From Vicugna vicugna (lineage: Eukaryota): a DNA stretch of 64,000 nt. The DNA lies in NCBI GenBank assembly GCA_013265495.1, contig MU058065.1:7316302-7380301 (forward strand). The letters run 5' to 3'. The position numbers and the translations under genes are program-made. This document shows positions 24,859 through 37,640 of this stretch, piece by piece (position 1 is the stretch's first letter; every line of letters begins with the position of its first letter). The notes below the pieces were generated by a model, which was not told the DNA's origin, ran no database searches, and saw only the letters and a list, made by a program, of their open reading frames with translations.

Positions 24859-26574
24859 GATATTTACATTTACCATTTTTGATACCCTATCCTTTCCTGA
24901 AGATGCAGTTTTACTCTAGTATCACATTCCTAAAGCTTGAGAAACTTCTTTCAGCATTTTTGGTAGTGTAGGATTGTTAGCAGTAATTCTCTTAGAATTT
25001 TTTCATCTGAAAATATCTTTATTTCACCTTCATTTTTGAAGAATATTTTGCTGGATATAAAATTTGGGGTTGATCTCTTTTTTCCCCACCTTTCAGCTCT
25101 TTAAAGGATGTTATTCCACTGTGATCTCACCTCTGTGGGTTTGCTAAGGTGCTTGAATTTCTTTCACCAAATTTGGTCATTATTTCTTCAGATGTTTCTT
25201 TTGCCTTCATCTCATTCTCCTTTCCTTCTGCAACTCCAATTACATGGATGTTAGAGCTTTTGCTTGTTGCTTTTCTTTTCCTTATTAATTTTTGGAATCT
25301 TTTATATATTCTGGATGCTAACCTTTTGTTAGTTATATGTTTACAGGTATCTTCCATCAGTCTTTTGCTTATCTTTTCACTTTAATGTATCTTTTTAATA
25401 TATGTTTTATATTTATTTTAATATAGGTGAATTCATCAATCCTCTTTAAAGTAGTTGTTTAAAACTTGTGTGTGTGTGTATTATGGACTGAAAAAGTTCT
25501 TTTCTATAATAAGGTTTAAAATATGTTATATTTTCTTCTAGAAGGTTTTAACTTTTCTTTTTAATATTTATACATTTAATCAACATTAAATACAGTTTTG
25601 TTTAAGGGGAGATGTAGGGATTCAATTAAAAATTTTTTGTATATTAATAAACAATGATCTCAACACTTTTTCCCACTGATTTAATATTGTGTTTCCTAAT
25701 ATGGCATCCCTCTTGTTTCATTAGAAAATCTCCACCATCATTAGAGGAAAGTATTCTCCATTCAGAAAACATTTCTGACATCCAATTGATACCAAAAGGG
25801 AGGATAAGTTCTTTGTTAAGAACACCAGGCATTGAATTGGCCTCCCAGAATGCTCTTTTACTTCTGTTTTTCTTAAGGAAGAAGTTAAGGGAGGGAGAGG
25901 ACCTGGTCAACTAGTAAATGCAGTCTCTCTAGCTGGTGAGCTCTGGGACGGAATGGGTGTTAATCAGTTTTGTAACCACAAAGACCAGTAAGCTTATTAA
26001 AAATCAGTTGGCCTTGAGAAAGAACTCTTGGTTAAGTCTTTTCCAACTAGCAAAAGCTATTCTCCACTTGAATGCCAATTGTGAGTGTCTCAGTGAAAAC
26101 AGAGGATTTAAATGCCCTCAAACTTCAGCTAACCTCAAATATATCAAGCTCGAGTCATGTCTTTGCTTTTGGGAAGGACTCCTTCTCCAGCCCCTCTTGG
26201 GTTTGAATGACGAGCTACAAGAAGGAAATCCGAAAGCCTCTTTTGGCCATGCTTCTCTGTGTTGAACCACATTCACGGCCAGAACCCATTTCAAAGGATT
26301 AGCTGACATTTGGCTAAAACAACTGGTGGTTGTGATGATGCACTTAATCCTTCAGTTTTGACCACATGATAGCTAACCTATTCAGAGCCTGAACTGACTG
26401 CAATGATCAGGTATTTTGGGGCTGTACATGTTACTTTAATATTTAATCTATTTTTTTATGTGTTGCAAAAGAGGGTTAATACAAAATTGTTACTCTGCCC
26501 AGGGATCACTCCCTCTTCAGAGGCTCAGAAGACTGTTTTAGGTTGCATCTACCTAGTACTAAAAAACTAGTTTC

Positions 26575-26853
26575 AAATACCTTATGATATCACTTATATG
26601 TGGAATCTAAAAAAAAAAAGACAAATGAACTTATTTACAAAACAGAAACAGACTCACAGATTTATGGTTACTCGGGGAGTAACCGTAAAGTGGGTGGGAA
26701 CGGATAAATTGGGAGTTTGAGATTTGCAGATACTAACTACTAATGTATAAAATAGATAAACAAGTTTATATTGTATAGCACAGGGAGCTGTATTTAATAT
26801 CTTATAGTAACCTATAATGAAAAAGAATATGAAAATGAATATACGTATATATA

Positions 26854-26888
<35 letters not shown>

Positions 26889-26961
26889 GACTGAACTATT
26901 ATGCTGTACACCAGAAATTGACACAACATTGTACTGACTACTTCAATTAAAAAAAAGAACA
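26575..26961 (+). mobile_element. Camelid-type L1 3' fragment with 14-bp TSD and internal (TA)n
   Basis: 'gatatcacttatatgtggaatctaaaa...atgctgtacaccagaaattgacacaacattg'; TSD aaaaaacta[g/c]tttc 26561-26574 / 26962-26975. Confidence 0.95.
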
Positions 26962-27241
26962 AAAAAACTACTTTCGGTAATCTCTTGAGAAATATGCTTT
27001 TCAACTTTTGCTGGATTGGTCTTTATGTTTAATAGCCTCTTGTAAACATACTTTTAGATTGGAATCTTTGTTTTTTATTTTCTTGATAGGCAAAATCCAC
27101 CCTCCACCCCCAAATCTACCCGCACCCTCTTATCTTTGTATTTTCTATAAGTCTTCTCCAGACTATATTTAAGGTGGAAATGGGCATACCACCTTGTTTC
27201 TTTTCTTTTTTTCTGGATTAAAAGCACTGAGAACCACCTTT

Positions 27242-27244
<3 letters not shown>

Positions 27245-27273
<29 letters not shown>
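27245..27273. repeat. (CA)n microsatellite
   Basis: Perfect AC run. Confidence 0.95.
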
Positions 27274-27769
27274 TTCTCTCCTCAATATAAAAATAAGCCT
27301 GGGTTTTCTAAGCCTGCCCATTGGACCTTTCTTTTCCTATTCACTGGGTGTCAGCCTGTTATCTTCCTTAATGGTCATAGGGCACAACTCTATTAGCATA
27401 CTGCTGAGGTGACCCAAGGACTGTAAAAAGTGATGGGAAATACAAAAATTGTGACTTTTGTCTTTTATTATGTCACCTCATTTTCTATAATTTTTTTCTT
27501 CAGCTGCACCAGGTCAAATGGCTACATCCTTAAAGTAGCACTCTACAGGAGAGGAATGTTGGACCAGGAGGCATGAGTCCTGGGTTCTAGTTCTTGTCAC
27601 ACCTATAGCTGATGACCTCAGTTGACCCACTTCTGACTCTCAGTTTTTTTGTCAGAAAAAAGCAGGATCACAAACTTAGGTGGCTTTAGGGTAAATAAGC
27701 AGGTCTGGTTGACTCTTTAATATACAAGATTTTATTTTCTCCCTATTACTCCAGTATAAAGAGGAGTGC

Positions 27770-27975
27770 CCCATCCTGGTTGTTGCCATGGGAATGAGGG
27801 CCAAAAGTGTTTCCAGATCTTCTGATTTTTCTAGAGATGCAGCTATGTGGATTTTAAAAAAGAATATATCTCAATATCTGAGCATTGACAACTAATTCAA
27901 AAATTCAAAAATTCAACTTTCTGTGACCCTAGTAAAATATGTCTCAATCTTTGGGTCACCAGTTGTAACCTCTAG
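27770..27975. mobile_element. MER103-like hAT-Charlie DNA transposon remnant
   Basis: 'ccagatcttctgatttttctagagatgcagctatgtggattt...gacaactaattcaa...ccagttgtaacctct'. Confidence 0.65.
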
Positions 27976-29179
27976 ACTAAGTGGTATTTAAAGTACCTTC
28001 CAGTTCTGAAATTTTATACTTTAATTATCCAAATGGTCTGAGTTGAAGAAAGAGCGGGTGTTTGAATATGAGGAAGATTTTCCTGGCAGCCAGTTCTTAC
28101 ATTTTGAAACAGGTGACCAAAGAGAATTGTGAAATGTCCTTCAAGTGACTTTGAAGAGCAAGAGACACCTCCTTCTGTCTGGGATTAGTTAGGAGCAGTT
28201 GCTGGGAGGGGAATGGATGAGATGTCCTTTTGCAGTTCTTCTCGGTTGAGATTTTGTGAAAATGGCACTTATGAGTTTTGTTTCAAATGTCTTCAGGTCC
28301 TTTTAGGGGAGGAAGGAAGTGGTAGTTCGGTTTCTGATTCCCAGGACCTCTCCCAACTCAATTCCTGGAATCATCCTGGGGAACTCTGTAAACTGGAATT
28401 TAAAGTTATAGTTTGTAGTTTCCTTCTAAGATTCAGATTAGGTTTCATAACTTGGAACTGAAATCAGGGTAGTAGTTGGAGTGTGGATGAAAATATCTGT
28501 AGCTTCAGTTGTCAGCATGCTAATGAAAACCAGAGTGGGAAATGAATAAAGGTGGAGATGAATGATGGCAACGATAAAAGCCTTTTAACCTCACTTTATT
28601 TTCACTATAATTCTCTCCTTAAGCAAATTGATTACGATAACCTCTATCGATTTTTTTATGAATTAAAAACACCAGGAATCCCGCAAACATCTTTTATATG
28701 CTAAGTGTGCTTAAGCCCAGAGTCAGCAGTTCAACAAGCAGATAGAATTCAATGTAGTTACTGATTGTATCAGCATAAATACTAGGTCTGTTGTTCCAAA
28801 GTAACCACAGCGAAACAAACACTCCACCACCCTTAGAAAGAGACGGAAGATAGAGGCAAGAAAGCAAGATAGAACATAACATACATTTCGTTATTAATCA
28901 AATGACACAATGCATATTCATGGAAGAGAGGAGGCTGGCTGAAGCTCAGGGAAGCAAACTAAGCAAAGGATCTATTTTCATATATAAATGAATATCATGG
29001 GTCATTGACAGTAAGCCCAAGTACTTTCAACGCCTAGATAGGAAGACAGGGTTGTCTGACATGGTAATCTTCTCAGTCACCAGTGTCATCATCAAATATT
29101 TAAGTGCTAATCTGTACACTTAATAAGGTGGGTGAGGTGCAAAAAGATTTAACTAGATACTATGCATGGTGGCCATGTG

Positions 29180-29588
29180 TTGTCTTACCTCTCCGGTATC
29201 AGTTCTCCTTTCTTATGACTACATGGTGAATTTCCTTTAGGGTACCACTCCTCCAGAATTATATTCAGTCTTAGTGGGCATGTCAATTTACTGGCAGCAT
29301 GGTCAATATTTGGATCTCAATACAGGCAATGAGATTCGCTCTCTGAGGAATTTGAATCTTAGGAAGAATGACACAAAGAAAGTCCAGAGGTCATTCTGGT
29401 GGAGCAACCTGTAGAGACAATTGATTTGTTCTCTAATCTTGTTCTGGGTCCTGTCCTTTTCTGGGGTCTGAGAGTGCATTTTTCCTTGTGACTCACAGAA
29501 CTATCATAGCCTTAAGATAAATCTTACTTAACATTTAAATTAGCCAGAGTCATGTCTGATGTTTGCCGCTCAAAGAACTTAACAAACA
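29180..29588 (+). mobile_element. ERVL LTR16-like / old MaLR LTR
   Basis: 'gattcgctctctgaggaatttgaatctt' and end 'ataaatcttactt...ttaaattagccagagtcatgtctgatgtttgccgctcaaagaacttaacaaaca'. Confidence 0.55.
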
Positions 29589-29649
29589 TATCGGATATCT
29601 TCCCAGTGATCTCACCAACTGAGAGTTGAAGGTGAGGAGAAGACATACT

Positions 29650-29890
29650 GAGAATCTATAGGTAAATTACTAGAATTAATAAAGGATTTGGTGAGGTTAC
29701 TGTGTTCAAATCCAACATACAGAAATCACTTGTATTTTTATATATTAGCAACAAATAATTAAAAAATAAAAAACATATACCATTTACAGTAGCATTAAAA
29801 TATCAAGTAGTTGGAGTTAATGGAATAAATCTATATGTATACAACATACATATATATATATATATATGTAACATTATTGAAATAAATAAT
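29650..29890 (+). mobile_element. Old L1 ORF2 fragment with (TA)n
   Basis: 'actagaattaataaaggatttggtgaggttac...caacatacagaaatcacttgtatttttatatattagcaac'. Confidence 0.75.
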
Positions 29891-31949
29891 TCCTGCATAT
29901 ACAAATTGTTATCAGGAGATTGCTGTGCCCCCTAATTTAAGGGCAGCAGTAGATTTCTGAAACAGAATCTCAGAGCTGACATAGCTCAAGTTTATCTTTT
30001 TGCAGATAAAGAAAATAAGACTAGAAGGATAAAACAGCTTATTCAAGTTAGCCCAGAAATACCTCTAGTAGACCTCTTCTATCACCAGCTTGCTGGCTTT
30101 TGCTGCCAAGCTGCATCTCTGCAGTTGAGGCTAGAACCACACTCCTTACCTCCCAGGGCCAGTGCTTCATATGAGTCTTTAGCTGGCTCTGTCACTTTTC
30201 TCAGAGCATTCTAGCAGTGGGGATTCTGCCTTCTTTCTCTCCATCTTTTTTTTTGAATATTCTAGTACCCATGAAAAATCAACAAGCTGGACTCACTATG
30301 AGATTCTCTGCCTAAATTGAGGGTGTAATTCCACATTGATTTCCAGGGTCGACAATCTGCAATTCTTCTACTCTGAAAGTAGCAGGTCCTTGCTGGGAGA
30401 CTCACTCAAGGGACCATGTTCAAGCAAGAGGTATCTTTTCATCACATTTTTCCAGTGTCTGCTCACAGACATTGTATAAACTCCATTTCTTCTATTCCTC
30501 TGGAATAACCAGACTTTAGTAACCAAACTCAAACTAAGAACTGCAGTTTCCTCCCAACCCCCACCTTCAACTTTCCCTCTGCTGTTTTTTCCTCTCTTCC
30601 ATGGGTTATTTTTTCCAACTTGGGAGACAAGGAGAATGTGTATCCCAGGTAAAGTGGGGAGGGAAGGGGAGGAGCTATGGCAGAGACACATCAAAAGAGC
30701 CCTTTGTGCTCAGGGCACATTATTCCTGGAATCCAATCAAGTGCCCCAAAACCCAACCAAGCTTTTCAGACAGCACAGAAACCAGTCATGCAGGCCTCTT
30801 GGGCTCTGCTTTTTTAAAGCTTTATAGGGTACACTGAATTATTTGGTTGGGTCTTTTCAACCGTGTGACATTTGGGTTTTCAATGGCCCAAATGGAGTTG
30901 ATCATTAATTATTTGGACGCTTTAATTAAAAAAAAAAAACAACTTCCCTGTGGATTTATGAGGGTCTGCTGGGGGACAAGGACAAGGGGGCCTTTAGTGC
31001 TTCTCTCATTTGAATGAGAGTGAGGGTTGGGAAGGTCTAGAAAGGGAGGCTATAGAGTCATCTTCCAGGAAGGTCTTAAACCCAAGTTAGGGTTTGTTTG
31101 AAGGAGGAGGGGCTTGCAATGAAGAAAATGGAAAGGAATACAAGAGAACAGAATTCTGGGATCTGCCAAATGCATCAGAGGGCAGGGGGTTCAATAAAAA
31201 TCAGTGGTTTAGCAGGGAGCCATCAAGACTTTCTGAATCAATACCTTTCACATGAAAACTAGTAAGTCCTATGGGTTAGGGTGGGGGAAGGGCTGGTTTC
31301 TGGAACATTTGATTAACTGAATCAGAGAGGGTTTCCAGGGAGGGGAGTCTGTGAGTGGAATGTTGAGTGCCCAGAGGGACCTGATCAATGTCTTCCAGTT
31401 TCAAAACAGCAAGGTAGTGAAGGCATAACATCTGCTTTTTTCTTTTCTAGAGTGTGTTTTGTAACCTCAGCCTTCTTTTCTAACACCTGTGGGTGTCCTT
31501 CTTAAGTCACACAAACTCTCCAGTTCCTGACATCCTGAAAAAACTCCCATAATCTCAGAGAGTTCCTCTCCTGGGTGCCTCTCCATGAAGGTTCATCTCA
31601 GTGACAAGTGATCTTGAGTAGGGTTGGGAAGTCTGGGGAAAGAAATAAGCTCTTCTCCAGAGATACCAGAAGCTCCCATCTGTTCACCCTGTTGCATCCA
31701 GGAGTCTCAGGAAAATGAGACTCAGCACATTTAAAAACATTGATAAAAAGTGCTTATCCTTGACAGCGCAATGCTTGGTGATACTATATGCCAAAAAGAA
31801 GCACGGTGATTTGTGTGCACATCTTTGCTGATTTCCTCACTTGGATATTTTAAAGCCCCCGCCTCTAGTTGAAGTAATTCAATATGAAAAAAAAATCACA
31901 AAAATGTGGTTATCTCTGATGTCTTTCCTTTAAGAGTGCACAAAATTTT

Positions 31950-32085
31950 AAGAATTGTTCCTATGGTGCCAGTTGACTAGATATTTACCCCATTTTGCAA
32001 ATAAGAGAAACTGAGTCTGAAGGAAGTCAAGCAACATGCCAAAAGTCATGAAATATTAGTGGGCTGGAATTCTGGCCTCCTGGAA
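31950..32085 (-). mobile_element. MIR
   Basis: 'ccccattttgcaaataagagaaactgagtctgaaggaagtcaagcaacatgccaaaagtca'. Confidence 0.8.
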
Positions 32086-33289
32086 AAAGACATTTCTCAC
32101 AAAAGACGTCATAATCTTATCCACGGAATTATAGAAGTAAGCTCTCCAGATGGTGCTTCAGGAAGAAATCCAGAGCATTTACAAGTGGGTTATTTGTTTT
32201 TCCTTATGGCCACTTTCATGCAAAGGTTGGCTTGTGTCTATCCACTTTAGAGAAAAGGAAAAAGAAAATCAATCCAAATTTTTGTAGCAAGTCTCTCTGA
32301 GTTGCAATAGTGGTGGGGTTTGCTGGGTCTGAAGTTAAGATTTCAGCTGCCTTCCACAAAGTGAGGGTCAGCTTACTAATGCCACCCTAGTAGATGAAAT
32401 GGTCCCAACTTGCATCTTTTATTTTTCCTTTTACAAAATTGGAAACAAAACCCTCAGGGCTTATAATCAAAGATTGCTAAAACTTGTGTCTAACTTAGAA
32501 GTGCCTACAAAAATTCCACTCGGCTTGTTTTAAGTCATCTATGGTGTGAAGCAGGAAGCCATAAAGGTTTCTTCAGAAGGAAGTGTATGACCCAGATCTT
32601 GTGGGTTAAAGGCTCGAAGGGCTGCAGGTTCTAGTTGCCACGGTGCCCTCCAAACATCGATAGGGCAGTCACACCATTTCTCAGGTATTCAGGGGCAGGC
32701 TCTGCAGCCAAGGTGCTGAGCGTTGTTGTGTTGGTGTGTCTCTGTGTGTGCTAGTGCACTCATTAGGGGATGGAGTAGTGGCTTAGAGCAGGTCGGTTTC
32801 CAGGCTTTTCACAAAAGAAGAGTTTTCCTTGGCTCCATTGCCAGCTGCTTTATCTGTTTTATTTTAAAGATGTGTTTCCAAAACACCATTTCCTGAAATC
32901 TTGTGGCTGCAGCCAGGTATGAGATTCCCCGTTGCAAGTCCAGGGAGAAGGTATGCTGCCAAGGAGAAATTTATAACAGGGCGGGTTGTTTGGAGAAGTG
33001 CCAATTGATGTCTCGCCAGGAAGTGGAGAGTAAGCCAGCAAAGAGGACCCTCCATGGGAAGAGTTCTCCCTCCAGCTCCAACTGGAAACTCGTGTCTGAG
33101 AATATAAGTTTGAACAGTCTGACTGAGTTCTTGTAATTGAGGAGGGGATATTGAATTTCAAGTTTAACAGAGTAAGACAAGGTGAAGTGAGTCCTCTCGC
33201 AGGAAGGCGTTTTGTTAACCCCACTTTACAGCATCTCATCGTACTTAGTGTCCCCTGTGTCTTATCTTGATCACATTTTAGTGGCTTAG

Positions 33290-33570
33290 TACCACTTGGG
33301 TAAATACCTTACCTTTCCTGTCAGAATTTGAGCTTTGAGCTCATGTCAAATTTACCTATAAACTCTCCAGTGTCTAACACCACACCTTGTACACTGGAGG
33401 TGCTGAATAAATGTTGGTTGTGTAAATAACTGACAGATACAAAACTAGAGCTATTGACAAGTTTTTTTTGAAGATTCATTCATTCTACATATATTTACTG
33501 AGCACCTGATATATGCCAGGCCCCATTATAGGCAGTGGGAAGAGACTGAGAACAAATCACACATGAAGAT
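33290..33570. mobile_element. Two L2 3' ends, tail to tail (+ about 33290-33430; - about 33475-33570)
   Basis: 'ccagtgtctaacacc...ggtgctgaataaatgttggttg' and 'attcattcattc...atttactgagcacctgatatatgccaggc'. Confidence 0.75.
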
Positions 33571-34419
33571 CATAGCAGTGACCCTGAAGGTAACTTTTCT
33601 CCCCTGCTTTCTTAAATCCTTGGCAGTTGAAAACTTCCTGGGTGTGTTCAGATCCTGGCCTTCTAATTCTCATATTCCTGGCTCCTTTGCCTAGTTCAAG
33701 GCCTTTCCCAGGTTTTGGGACTTATCTTCTTGGTCTTCAGTAATGGCTTTAAATAGCCTGGACTGGTTAGTAAACTGAGTACATATTTTTCCCAGTGCTT
33801 CTATCACTGAACACCATCTCCAGGATTTTTACCAAATTTCCTTGGCATCAAACTGGTAAGAACAGATACTACAGATGATCTTAGCTAAAAGGCTGAGAAG
33901 CAATCCCAACTCCCTAGCTATCAAAGCTTAAATGCTGGTGTTACAGCCTAGTTCTGGAGATGAAGTATTCATTTTTCTGTCTGAATCAGATGAAACATAG
34001 ATTAAAATGGAAAGCTGCCTTAAAGGAAAACAGAAGTGGCTGAAGAAACCTAGGGAGACACATGTATTCAGAAGAGCATCCGAGAAGCTTACAGTACCAG
34101 CAGCAGAACCCTCTGCTTCTCCCCCAGTAGCTGAAGTAGTCTCTTGATTTCATCGGTGGTGAGCCCTAAAGAGTATGCACTCTGCAGACGATGCCAGCTC
34201 TTACTTTCTTAGATCTGCTGAAGTGGAGGGTCTACGAAGTTCAAACTCCTCCAAGTTGAGAGAGAGGATACACCCTACCCAAAGTCACATGGCTTGCTGA
34301 CATCACAAAAGTTTTATCTTTTAGAATCAAAGTGGGGAAAATTATCCTTTGTCTCTGATTCAAAACTACAAGCAATTCTCACAGTCACAAGAAGTACCAT
34401 TCCAGGTTAGACTGGAAAC

Positions 34420-34800
34420 CATGTGTTTTGGAGAACAACTGAAGGGCCGAGGCATGCCTGGTCTACAGAAGATGAGATGGAGGGGGACTTGGGAGGTGAC
34501 ATCAAGCTTTAAAAACTGGCACAAGGAAGGGAGTTACATTTTTTTTTCCTGTACGGCCCCAGAGGAATGAGCTAGGCTCTGTAGGTATAAGTTACAGTGA
34601 GGTAACTTTTTCTCAGCTCAAGGAAACCTTTCTAATAGAGCTGCCACAATGGAGCAGACTCAGAAGTAATGAGCTCCCTGCTACTGGAAGCTCTCAAGAG
34701 GAGACCAGTTGAGAACCTGGTGGGTTGTAGAGGTGGCTTCCATCTGGAATGGCAGGAAGAGTACCGCACTGCTCTGACCCCTTAGAATCCGAGGTGAACC
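34420..34800 (+). mobile_element. L3/CR1 3' region
   Basis: 'ggcatgcctggtctacagaagatgagatggaggggg...aagttacagtgaggtaac...aaggaaacctttctaatagagctg...gtaatgagctccctgctactggaag'. Confidence 0.75.
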
Positions 34801-36417
34801 ATGGTTCGTGAATTTCTATCTCTGACAGTGGTTCTGGTAATTAGGCATCAGGGTGGCTGTTTGTTATCACTCTCAAGATGTCAGAGGAGCCCCACTTCTC
34901 CCTTCCAACTTCTGTCTCCCAGGTTCTAAAATTTCTAAGTGTAACCTAATGGATGGCAAGGAGGTTCAACCTCCCCCACCAAGGGATCAACGATAGCAGC
35001 TCCCAGAGGCTGCACCGAGAAGCAATTTGAGACAGCGAGAAAAGCTCTGATCATTTAACCAAGTTTCCAGGGCTGGCAGCCTGCTGGATACATACTTGCC
35101 ATTCCCTGGCCATCTCAGTTCTTGCTCTCTCTGCATATCTTAAACAGAAGCCATTTTGGTCTAATATTTCCTTTTGCTGTAATTCCCATCAGTCTTTTTT
35201 CCCTCCTTCTTTCTCTCCTAAAGAACTGTGGCTCACTCCTTCATCTATGAAATAGGTCTTTCTAGAACCCTTTGTTCACAAAAATGGCACACTGCAGCTC
35301 AAAGGATGAGCTAAAGGCTTCCAAGAATTCTATACTTCAATTTTCCTTTCCTGTCTTCAATCAGCTAGATGGATGCTGAAATCCCATGGGGTTTTCTTAA
35401 AGTGCAAAGACCATCCCACCCCCAACCAGAAGACAAGGAGACAGTCACCTGGGCTCTGATTGTTTGGTGCAGGTTATGTATTCTAATTCTCTTCCTCTGA
35501 GAGTATGGGGGCCTGAGTGGGGAAGCCAGGAAGGAGGAGGGAGGACTCAGGGTCTTACTGCGGGGCAGAAAAGGAAGCTAGTGGGGCTGGGAGTCTGCAG
35601 GCCTGAGGACTACCCCAGTTGGAAGGGGCCTAGGAGGTCTAGCCTGGCTTCCTCTCTGTACAGTTGGGGAACCAAAGACCCAGAAGGGGAACAGATTTGA
35701 CCAAAGTCATAGGTAAGAAAAGCACACTCCCACCTTTCCCAGGTGGCCTTTAGGAGTCCTTGGAGGTTTCTGTCTATGGGCTCTTCCAGGTGGTAGTGAG
35801 TTTCCTCAAGGTGGAAAATTTGGATAGTTGATGGCCAATTGATTTTCCAGAAGGAAAGAGAGCATTGTAGATCTATACCTCGGCCACTGAAGTCAAGTTA
35901 AGGCTAATCAGGGCCACTCTCTGGTTTGTATATGTTGGAAGAAAGGAATGGTAATTTCCTCTTTCATAGGAAGCATAGGAAACACAAAGGGGTGTTCTTG
36001 GGTGTCTGTTGCTGGGTGGCAGAACTTATATCATGCATATTTTCTGGCCCCTATCTTCAATGTTTTTTGCTCATGGAATTCCTAGCACAAAATAGGTACT
36101 CTCCAAATGCTTGCAAAATAGGGTGAAAATCTACCTTTCCCATTTGTGGTGAAGGTAGGGTGGGGAGAAGAGGGAGAGAGAGTTCCAGAAGGCATTGCCT
36201 ACTATTGTATGAATTCTCTTTGCATCTCATATTAGGACTCATCAGGCAAACTACAAATGTTGGGACCACTTACTTCCCATTCCAAAGGCTCAGTGGAATA
36301 GTAGTGAGGTGCCCTTGCTTGTCTGGGGCTCAGGTTGTCCTGCATAACCGTATCACTACAGAGTATCCCAGAGTCTCAAAGTGGTCTTATAATCCCTTCT
36401 CCTTTGGGGGAGGTTGT

Positions 36418-36419
<2 letters not shown>

Positions 36420-36448
<29 letters not shown>
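36420..36448. repeat. (TA)n microsatellite
   Basis: Perfect TA run. Confidence 0.95.
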
Positions 36449-36451
<3 letters not shown>

Positions 36452-37454
36452 CACATCTTTCAAAATTACAATTGTTTATAGTAATTGGAGATGGCAGAAC
36501 CTGGTTGAAGTGGGAAGCCTGAGTTTTATCTAACCTCTAATTTAGTTCTCCTCTTAAGTTTGTCCAAGTTTCTCAGACGCCTTTCCCCTGTAAGCTAAGC
36601 CATTGTTTGTCAAGGGAAGCATAAATTAAGAGCTCTGTTTTCTGAGTCAAATGGAAACTTGGGGTAGGGAAGCAGACTCTTGCTGTCCTCCTCAGATCTT
36701 CAATATAATATAGGAATTGAAGTCAATGTGGGGCATAGACTTGATGAATTCTAGAGGAATTCCAAACTCAAAGAATGTGGGAGTTATGTGGAGCCAGAAG
36801 CTCAGCTTAAATTTGACTTGTCAGAGCTCTTAATAATCAGGTCAGAAATTCCATGGCATTATTGAAAGGAGCAAATCCCCTTTTGACAAAGTGGATTCTG
36901 AAACCATCCATATTTTCCATAGAGTCCTGGATGGACGAGCCAGATGCCATGCCCAGACCAAGAACGGTGACGCCATGGTCATCCCATGTTTACTGTAGAA
37001 GGGAAGATAAACTTCTAGTACTACATGAGCTGTCCAATTATGGATCTCTGGATTGTATGATTTGGAAGACACATGATTAAGGGAATAACTCTGCCCAAAG
37101 CTGAGTTTGCAAAATTCATAGAGATCCAATGAGAAGTAACACAAATCTTCAATTTCTCTTTACAGGGCTAGAAATCAAAATTGTAGTCTTTGAGTCTTTA
37201 CTATGAAAGACAGAGACAGTTGGAAATCATGTGCTTTAATGGACACTCCCAAGGCACTAAATTCTGTCTTTTAGTACCCTCTCAATCTGATAACCAAGCC
37301 ATCAAGCTAGTATTTCCCATGGACCTCAGAAAACATGAAGGCTAGATGATGAGCAAAGTTAGCACAAAGTAGAACAAAAACAGCTATTTAGTAAAATTAC
37401 AAAGAGCTGCCACAGTAGGTAGACAGATAATTCAAGTGTTAAGTCCCCCTGGGA

Positions 37455-37640
37455 TAGTATTTCTCAAGTGTGGTCAGAGAATGACCACCACTTAAAAAAT
37501 ACACTGGGGGTTAAAATCAGACTCCAGGACTCTGCTTCCAAAGCCACTGAATTAGAGCTTCTGGGAGTAGATCCAGGAATCTGCATTTTAAACAAAAAAT
37601 GGTCATAAACTGAGTGGATGGCAAACTTTGCACATATGTG
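37455..37640. mobile_element. MER5A/B hAT-Charlie remnant
   Basis: 'tttctcaagtgtggtc...ccactgaattagagcttctgggagtagatccaggaatctgcattttaaacaa'. Confidence 0.8.

Larger units (their letters stand above)
21800..25680 (-). mobile_element. Composite of ancient L1 (L1ME/MC-like) fragments
   Basis: T-rich plus strand; 'atggacatttagcttgtttcc...catatacctaggagtggagttgctgag', 'gagagaggtgttaaattctc', 'ttttgctggatataaaatttggggttg'. Confidence 0.8.
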
